A stretch of 32,000 nt of DNA from Blochmannia endosymbiont of Camponotus modoc. Its GTDB lineage: Bacteria > Pseudomonadota > Gammaproteobacteria > Enterobacterales > Enterobacteriaceae. The notes beneath the pieces were generated by a model that searched no databases, was not told the origin of the DNA, and saw only the letters and a program-made list of their open reading frames with translations. The translations under genes and the position numbers were made by a program. This document shows, piece by piece, positions 24,849 to 32,000 of this stretch. The DNA lies in the NCBI RefSeq assembly GCF_023585785.1, contig NZ_CP097765.1:360001-392000 (forward strand). Reading direction: 5' to 3'. Numbering within the stretch: position 1 is the stretch's first letter; each line of letters opens with the position of its first letter.

Positions 24849-27515
24849 ATGTTAGAACGTTCATCTGATGATGTGGATCCCATAGAAACACAGGATTGGT
24901 TAAAATCTATTTCTTCAGTTATTCAAAGAGAAGGTATTGAACGAGCTCAATTTTTAATGAATCAAATCATACATGAAGCCTGTAATAATGGCGTTATTAT
25001 TTCTAATAATAAAATAACAAATGATTATATAAATACTATTCCAGTTGAAGATGAACCAGAATATCCCGGAAATTTAGAAATAGAAGAACGTATATGTGCT
25101 GTTGTGCGTTGGAATGCCATTATGATGGTATTGCATGCATCAAAAAAAAACTTGGATTTAGGAGGTCATATTGCCTCATTCCAATCTTCTGCTACATTAT
25201 ATGAAGTATGTTTTAATCATTTTTTTCGTGCGCGTAATAAGCACGATGGCGGTGACTTAGTATATTTTCAAGGTCATATTTCACCTGGTATATATGCTCG
25301 TGCTTTTCTTGAAGGACGATTACATGAGGACCAAATAAATCATTTTCGCCAAGAAGTAAAAAATTTAGGACTTCCTTCATATCCTCATCCAAAATTAATG
25401 CCAGATTTTTGGCAATTTCCTACAGTTTCCATGGGTCTTGCTGCAATTAGTGCAATTTATCAAGCAAAATTTTTAAAATACTTGAATAATAGAAATCTAA
25501 AAGACACCACTTTGCAAACAGTATACACTTTTTTAGGAGACGGAGAGATGGATGAACCTGAATCTAAAGGAGCGATTAATATTGCTGCTAGAGAAAAATT
25601 GGATAATTTAATTTTTATTATTAATTGTAATTTACAACGATTAGATGGTCCAGTAATAGGAAATGGAAAAATTATTAATGACTTAGAAAACATATTTAAA
25701 GGATCAGGGTGGGAGGTAATTAAAGTTATTTGGGGAAGTAAATGGGATGCATTGTTACGCAAAGATACTAGCGGCAAGCTAATTCAACTTATGAATGAAA
25801 CTGTTGATGGAGACTATCAAACGTTTAAATCTAAAAATGGTGCTTATGTACGTGAACACTTTTTTGGTAAATACCCAGAAACTAGCGCGTTGGTAGACGA
25901 TATGAGTGACTCTGAAATTTGGGCATTAGATCGCGGTGGACATGATCCTAAAAAAGTATTTGCTGCTTTAGAAAAAGCTAAAAATAGTTCTGGAAAACCT
26001 GTTGTAATACTGGCGCATACTGTTAAAGGTTATGGTATGGGTTCTAGTGCAGAAGGAATGAACGTTGCGCATCAAATAAAAAAAATTAACATAAAAGGGA
26101 TACGTTATTTTAGGGATAGATTTAACTTAAATCTCGTCAAAGATGACCAAATTGAATCTTTACCTTATTTAAAATTTAAAGAAGGTTCTCAGGAACACAT
26201 ATACTTACATGAGCGACGTAAAACATTGTTTGGATATATTCCAAATAGGTTGCAACATGCTACTAATTCTCTAGAACTACCAACATTAGAACATTTTTAT
26301 CCTTTGCTAATACAACAAAATAAAGATATTTCTACTACTCTTGCATTTATACGTGTTCTAAATATATTACTAAAATACACCCCAATTAAAAATAGACTAG
26401 TACCCATAATTGCTGATGAGGGCCGAACCTTTGGGATGGAAGGGCTATTTCGTCAAATCGGTATTTATAGCTCTATGGGACAACAATACACTCCTCAAGA
26501 TCATGATTTACTTGCATATTATCGTGAAGATAAACAAGGTCAGATTTTACAGGAAGGTATCAGCGAATTGGGCGCAGCAGCATCGTGGTTGGCAGCCGCT
26601 ACCTCATACAGTACTAACGACTTCCCCATGATACCATTTTATGTATATTATTCAATATTTGGTTTTCAAAGAATCGGAGATTTTTTTTGGGCTGCTGCTG
26701 ATCAACAAGCTCGAGGATTTTTGATCGGAGGGACATCTGGTCGAACTACTTTAAATGGAGAAGGATTGCAACATGCTGATGGTCACAGTCATATTCAGTC
26801 ATTAACAATTCCTAATTGCATTTCGTATGACCCAGCATATGCATATGAAATTGCTGTTATTATACAAGATGGCCTCATGCGTATGTACGGAAGTAATCCA
26901 GAAAATGTATATTATTATATAACTACATTAAATGAAAAATATCATATGCCAGCCATGCCGATAGGAGTTGAAGAAGGTATTAGAAAAGGAATTTATAAGT
27001 TAGAATCTTTATCGGGAAAACATGGAAAAATTCAATTGATGGGATCTGGTGCTATTTTACGTCTTGTTCGTGAAGCAGCTAAAATCTTATCTCAAGAATA
27101 TAACGTAAGTTCTGATGTATATAGTGTTACCTCTTTTACTGAATTAGCAAGGAATGGGCAAGACTGCGAACGCTGGAATATGTTACATCCTATGGATATA
27201 CCAAAAATACCGTACATTACTACCATATTGAATGATTTTCCCACTATAGCTGCTACTGATTATATGAAATTGTTTGCAGAACAAATTAGATGTTTTATTC
27301 CAGGCCATCATTTTTTTGTATTAGGCACAGATGGATTTGGTCGTTCCGATAGTCGAAAAAATTTACGACATCATTTTGAAGTAAATACAGGTTATGTGGT
27401 GACTGCCGCATTAGCCCAATTAGTAAAAAAAGGCCATATTCGCGCTGATGTTGTTCTAAACGCTATCAAAATATTTGATATTGACCCTGATAAAATTAAT
27501 CCACGTCTAATATAA
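24849..27515 (+). CDS. aceE: pyruvate dehydrogenase E1 component, homodimeric type
   Basis: DPIETQDWLKSISSVIQREGIERAQFLMNQII, GDGEMDEPESKGAINIAAREKLDNLIFIINCNLQRLDGPVIGNGKII, GRTFGMEGLFRQIGIYSSMGQQY and FVLGTDGFGRSDSRKNLRHHFEV match AceE. Confidence 0.98.
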   Translation: MLERSSDDVDPIETQDWLKSISSVIQREGIERAQFLMNQIIHEACNNGVIISNNKITNDYINTIPVEDEPEYPGNLEIEERICAVVRWNAIMMVLHASKKNLDLGGHIASFQSSATLYEVCFNHFFRARNKHDGGDLVYFQGHISPGIYARAFLEGRLHEDQINHFRQEVKNLGLPSYPHPKLMPDFWQFPTVSMGLAAISAIYQAKFLKYLNNRNLKDTTLQTVYTFLGDGEMDEPESKGAINIAAREKLDNLIFIINCNLQRLDGPVIGNGKIINDLENIFKGSGWEVIKVIWGSKWDALLRKDTSGKLIQLMNETVDGDYQTFKSKNGAYVREHFFGKYPETSALVDDMSDSEIWALDRGGHDPKKVFAALEKAKNSSGKPVVILAHTVKGYGMGSSAEGMNVAHQIKKINIKGIRYFRDRFNLNLVKDDQIESLPYLKFKEGSQEHIYLHERRKTLFGYIPNRLQHATNSLELPTLEHFYPLLIQQNKDISTTLAFIRVLNILLKYTPIKNRLVPIIADEGRTFGMEGLFRQIGIYSSMGQQYTPQDHDLLAYYREDKQGQILQEGISELGAAASWLAAATSYSTNDFPMIPFYVYYSIFGFQRIGDFFWAAADQQARGFLIGGTSGRTTLNGEGLQHADGHSHIQSLTIPNCISYDPAYAYEIAVIIQDGLMRMYGSNPENVYYYITTLNEKYHMPAMPIGVEEGIRKGIYKLESLSGKHGKIQLMGSGAILRLVREAAKILSQEYNVSSDVYSVTSFTELARNGQDCERWNMLHPMDIPKIPYITTILNDFPTIAATDYMKLFAEQIRCFIPGHHFFVLGTDGFGRSDSRKNLRHHFEVNTGYVVTAALAQLVKKGHIRADVVLNAIKIFDIDPDKINPRLI

Positions 27516-27523
27516 GAGGTAAC

Positions 27524-28810
27524 ATGATGACAATTGAAATTAATATACCAAATATTGGAGAGGATGAATTAGAAGTTACAGAAATAATGGTAAAAATAGG
27601 AGATAATATTAATACTAATCAGCCACTTATTATAATTGAAGGCGACAAATCATCTATGGAAATACCATCTTCCTGTTCTGGTATTGTTACTAAAATTTAT
27701 GTCCATGTTGGAGATAAAGTACATACAGGATCTTTGATTTTACTACTTGATGTGCAAAATCATACTAATTCTTTTACTATTAATGATAAAAAAAATGTTG
27801 TTCCTTCTCCTTATATTGTAACAAACAACGATAAAAGAAAAGGAGTGATATGTAATGATGATGTACATCATGATGTTATGATACATGCTCATGCTACACC
27901 GTTAGTGCGTCATATGGCTCGTACACTCGGAATAGATTTGTCAAAAGTAAAAGGTAGTGGTCGTAAGGGACGTATCTTAAAAGAAGATATTCAAAGTTAT
28001 ATAAACGATATCTCAATGTGTTATACAAACCGTATGTCATCTATTCAATCTAATCAATTACTACCCATATTATCTTGGCCGAAGATAGACTTCAGTAAAT
28101 TTGGCGATATTACAACCGTAATGCTAAGCAAAATACAAAAAACTTCTGGTGCAAATTTACAAAGAAATTGGATTATGCTTCCACATGTAACACAATTTGA
28201 TGAAGCTGATATTACCGATTTAGAGAGTTTTAGAAAACAACAAAACATTGACATTGAAAAGAAAAAAATAAATTGCAAAATTACACTTTTAGTTTTTGTT
28301 ATGAAAGCAGTTGCAAAAGCATTAGAAGAGTTACCACGATTCAATAGTTCTTTATCTCAAGACGGTGAAACACTAATTTTGAAAAAATATATTAATATTG
28401 GCATAGCGGTGGATACTCCTAAAGGTTTATTAGTACCCGTTCTCCATGATGTAAATAGGAAAGGTATTATTTTATTATCACAAGAGTTGGAAGAGCTTTC
28501 AAGGAAAGCTCGTACTGGGAATCAATTGACTCCTGCTAATATGCAAGGAGGAAGTTTTACTATATCCAATTTGGGGGGTATAGGAGGGGGTACGGCTTTT
28601 ACTCCAATTGTTAATGTTCCAGAAGTAGCTATTTTAGGCATGTCTAAATCTTTTATAAAACCAGTGTGGACCGGAAAAAAGTTTACTCCGCGTTTAATGC
28701 TGCCTTTGTCATTATCATATGATCATCGTGTTATTGATGGAGCTGATGGTGCTCGATTTATGACACTTATTAATAAAATAATTGCTGATACAAGACTATT
28801 ATCTATGTAA
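27524..28810 (+). CDS. aceF: dihydrolipoamide acetyltransferase, pyruvate dehydrogenase E2, with a single lipoyl domain
   Basis: One N-terminal lipoyl domain (IIEGDKSSMEIPSSCSGIV), an E1/E3-binding domain (ATPLVRHMARTLGIDLSKVKGSGRKGRILKEDIQSYI) and a catalytic domain ending LSLSYDHRVIDGADGARFMTLIN. Confidence 0.97.
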   Translation: MMTIEINIPNIGEDELEVTEIMVKIGDNINTNQPLIIIEGDKSSMEIPSSCSGIVTKIYVHVGDKVHTGSLILLLDVQNHTNSFTINDKKNVVPSPYIVTNNDKRKGVICNDDVHHDVMIHAHATPLVRHMARTLGIDLSKVKGSGRKGRILKEDIQSYINDISMCYTNRMSSIQSNQLLPILSWPKIDFSKFGDITTVMLSKIQKTSGANLQRNWIMLPHVTQFDEADITDLESFRKQQNIDIEKKKINCKITLLVFVMKAVAKALEELPRFNSSLSQDGETLILKKYINIGIAVDTPKGLLVPVLHDVNRKGIILLSQELEELSRKARTGNQLTPANMQGGSFTISNLGGIGGGTAFTPIVNVPEVAILGMSKSFIKPVWTGKKFTPRLMLPLSLSYDHRVIDGADGARFMTLINKIIADTRLLSM

Positions 28811-29022
28811 ATTAACTAATCACATAAAAATAGATTTAAAGATTTCACTTTTTTAAAAATTGTCTTTTCGTGCCTTTATAGTTAAAGATAATCTCGCTTA
28901 AATTGAGATATGATATGATAATATCCGTACCATATATAAATTCTATACTATAGAAATGCATATTTCTATCAAATTAGATACTATAATAAATAGTTTTAAT
29001 CAAAAACTGAGGGCATTATATT

Positions 29023-30447
29023 ATGCATATAAAAATAAAAACTCAAACTCTTGTTTTGGGTGCTGGACCAGGAGGATATTCTGCGGCTTTTCGCTGCGCT
29101 GATTTAGGTATGGATACTACAATAGTAGAACGTTATCCTGATTTAGGTGGAGTGTGTCTCAACGTTGGTTGTATTCCTTCTAAAACACTGTTATATATTG
29201 CCAAACTAATTGAAACAAAAAAGAAATTCAATAAATATGGTATTCTGTCTGGAGAAACACATATTGATCTTGATAAGGCGCGCTCTTGGAAAGATAAAAT
29301 TATTGATCAATTGTCAAATAGTTTAAGTGCTATGGCAAAAAATCGGAACGTTAAAGTAATTGATGGAGTTGGTAAATTTATTGATAGTCATACTATTCAA
29401 GTTGAAAACAATGAAATGACCTTAGAAATAGCATTCAATTACGCTATTATAGCAGCAGGATCACATACTGTGTCACTACCATGTATTCCTAATGATCATC
29501 GAATTTGGAATTCAACTGATGCTTTATCTTTACAATCAATACCCGAACGTTTACTAATTATAGGTTCAGGAGCTATAGGTTTAGAAATGGCAACAATATA
29601 TCATGCTTTTGGATCAAAAATAGATATAGTAGAAATGTGTAATCGAATTATGCCAATTTTAGATGAAGATATTACTAATATTTTTACTAAAATAATTAAT
29701 AAAAATATTAATTTAATTTTAAACACTAAAATTAACATAGTAGATGCGAAGCAAGATGGTATTTATGTAACTATGGAAAATAAACAAACTTTATTAAAAA
29801 ATACTCAACGTTATGATGCATTATTAGTAGCAATTGGGCGTGCTCCAAATGGTAACATGTTGAATATCGAACGTGCGGGAGTAAATGTAAATGAATATGG
29901 CTTCATTTCTGTAGATAAGCAGATGCGTACTAATGTGCAACACATTTTTGCTATTGGAGATATTATTGGATATCCAATGCTAGCTCACAAAAGTATTCAT
30001 GAAGGACATGTAGCTGCAGAAGTTATTTCTGGTAAAAAACGTTGTTTTGATCCAATAATAATTCCATCCATTATATATACTGACCCAGAAATAGCGTGGG
30101 TTGGATATACTGAAAAAGATGCTCAAGAGAAAAATATAGATTATGAAGTTGCACTTTTCCCGTGGATGGCTTCAGGTCGAGCAATTACTGAAGATTGCAA
30201 AGAAGGCATAACCAAATTAATTTTTAATAAAAAAACGAACAGAATTATTGGGGGATCAATATTAGGCACGAATGCTAGTGAAATATTAGGAGAAATCGCA
30301 TTAGCCATTGAAATGGGATGCGATGTAGAAGATATTACTCTCACCATTCATGCTCATCCAACCTTATATGAATCAATAGGATTAGCAGCATCTATTCATA
30401 ATGGCTCAATTACTGATTTGCCTAATATAAAAAAACAAATACAATAA
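29023..30447 (+). CDS. lpdA: dihydrolipoamide dehydrogenase (E3)
   Basis: TLVLGAGPGGYSAAFRCADLG, GGVCLNVGCIPSKTLLYIAK (redox disulfide), HIFAIGDIIGYPMLAHKSIHEGHVAAE and LTIHAHPTLYESIGLAA. Confidence 0.98.
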   Translation: MHIKIKTQTLVLGAGPGGYSAAFRCADLGMDTTIVERYPDLGGVCLNVGCIPSKTLLYIAKLIETKKKFNKYGILSGETHIDLDKARSWKDKIIDQLSNSLSAMAKNRNVKVIDGVGKFIDSHTIQVENNEMTLEIAFNYAIIAAGSHTVSLPCIPNDHRIWNSTDALSLQSIPERLLIIGSGAIGLEMATIYHAFGSKIDIVEMCNRIMPILDEDITNIFTKIINKNINLILNTKINIVDAKQDGIYVTMENKQTLLKNTQRYDALLVAIGRAPNGNMLNIERAGVNVNEYGFISVDKQMRTNVQHIFAIGDIIGYPMLAHKSIHEGHVAAEVISGKKRCFDPIIIPSIIYTDPEIAWVGYTEKDAQEKNIDYEVALFPWMASGRAITEDCKEGITKLIFNKKTNRIIGGSILGTNASEILGEIALAIEMGCDVEDITLTIHAHPTLYESIGLAASIHNGSITDLPNIKKQIQ

Positions 30448-30963
30448 ATTTCACATGATTTTTTAAGATTTTAAATAAATAAATTAGCTTACAAATATAC
30501 TTTATGGTTGTATAGTCTATTACAATTTATAAGGTATATAATGAAGTTAATTTCTATTAAAAACCATACAATGAATAAATAAATATATTACTTATAACTA
30601 TATATTTATACGCTCAGAATACGAGTATTTATCTACAAAATATATACACGATCATAAAATTTTTTTTACTATTATTAATACATAACACAGTTAAAAAACA
30701 AAAAGTATTCATAATTTAAAAAATATCGTCGAGTGTTGACATATAAAATTAAAAAATATTTTTATGATTTAATTAAACATAATGAAAATATACATGGGGT
30801 TTCAATTAATAAAACTCTATTTTTTGATAAACAGTAAACATACTAACAGAAAAAGTAACGTATACGACTTTAGATTTTTACGGATGAAATATACATATCT
30901 AATCAATGTATTTTAAATGTATTCATTTGAGATGTAGAATACATGATCTTATAATTATAAGAC

Positions 30964-31001
30964 ACAATATTTTCTCTTTAATGTTAAAGAGAAAATATTG
31001 T
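30964..31001. repeat. 18-bp perfect inverted repeat with 2-nt spacer, about 520 bp downstream of lpdA
   Basis: ACAATATTTTCTCTTTAA-TG-TTAAAGAGAAAATATTGT. The arms are exact reverse complements. No T-run follows on either side. Confidence 0.85.
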
Positions 31002-31480
31002 AGGTGCTGCATGAACTAATCTATAATTCTTATCTCCATATCCCTTATAGTATACAAGTTTCTTTTATTACAACTCAAAAAAAGACATTGCTGACATTTT
31101 TTGCTCTTACTTAATAAGATCTTATCAACGGAAAAACTTATATAAAATCACTAAATTTATATAAATTAAATAGTGATACTTTGATTACTACGTATCATAT
31201 GATCATGCTATATTCATGGTATAATTAAAATAGATTTTTATAAATGTTTAAAATTAAACTTTTCTCTATTAGCAATAGATATAGAAAAATTATCAAATTT
31301 GAAAATATAATAAACATTTAAACTACCGAATATAATCAGAATAACTTTCAAGTTCGATAGCAATATTATGTAATTAATGCAATTAAATAAATTTTAATTT
31401 TTAATTAATAATATCAAAAAATCTATGAGGATAAACGTTCTTTTTGACTCATTACTAATGCCCGATATATTTCAACGCAA

Positions 31481-31505
31481 CTGTTGATAGACTATATATC
31501 AACAG
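31481..31505. repeat. 9-bp perfect inverted repeat, 7-nt loop, in the gene-free tail
   Basis: CTGTTGATA-GACTATA-TATCAACAG read directly. Function unknown. Confidence 0.4.
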
Positions 31506-32000
31506 CTATTCGTATTCATCAAAAAATAATAAAAAACATCACATTTATTAGAATAATAAATATTAATTAATTTTAAAAATCATAAATTATCTATATGCCA
31601 AATGATATCGAATAAGTGTATATTTTTATTATCAATAAATTTATGTATCGTAATATTCACAATATGTATGTACGTAAATATACGATAACTAAACATCAAA
31701 TATTTTTTGTAATCGTAAAATTTTTATTAAATATATTCTAATTCAACAATAAAATATTTTAATACGTTTTCTAAATACAACACTTATGTATAAGCACGAA
31801 GTGTACTCGTTATATACGATATAACAAATTAGGTATACTATACAGTATATCAAAAAAAATATTATATGTATTAATTATAAAATTTTTATTAATTATTCTA
31901 AGTAATAGTGACAAAATTTTTCTAAAGCTACATAAATTTCTACAAATTACAGTAAAAACAATAATAAAAAATGTGTTATTTGATAAAATTTTTAACAATT

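Noticed and set aside
25460-25777. 105-aa minus-strand ORF
   Set aside because: Antisense to conserved aceE; its length is explained by codon bias of the sense gene.
28054-28344. 96-aa minus-strand ORF
   Set aside because: Antisense shadow within aceF.
30141-30347. 68-aa minus-strand ORF
   Set aside because: Antisense shadow within lpdA.
31810-31998. 62-aa plus-strand ORF at the right edge
   Set aside because: Low-complexity and short, with no family resemblance.

Overview
AT-rich (roughly 70-75% A+T by eye), gene-reduced gammaproteobacterial sequence. Protein similarity to E. coli orthologues and gene order suggest an obligate insect endosymbiont, most like Candidatus Blochmannia; this is an inference from memory, with no database search. 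The minus strand carries, in transcription order, mrcB, erpA, pyrG, eno, cysJ, cysI, cysH, cysG, cysD, cysN, cysC, ftsB, ispD, ispF, nlpD and alaS. alaS runs off the left edge and is missing from the ORF track. The plus strand carries the pyruvate dehydrogenase genes aceE, aceF and lpdA. All are housekeeping or nutritional genes that look intact. I found no mobile element, CRISPR array, rRNA, tRNA, toxin or defence gene, and no convincing new multi-gene system. Items worth a second look are an 18-bp perfect inverted repeat downstream of lpdA (30964-31001), a ~2 kb gene-free stretch between mrcB and aceE, a ~1.5 kb gene-free tail, a compact cysJIH-GDNC cluster, a single-lipoyl AceF, and long homopolymer runs inside essential genes.
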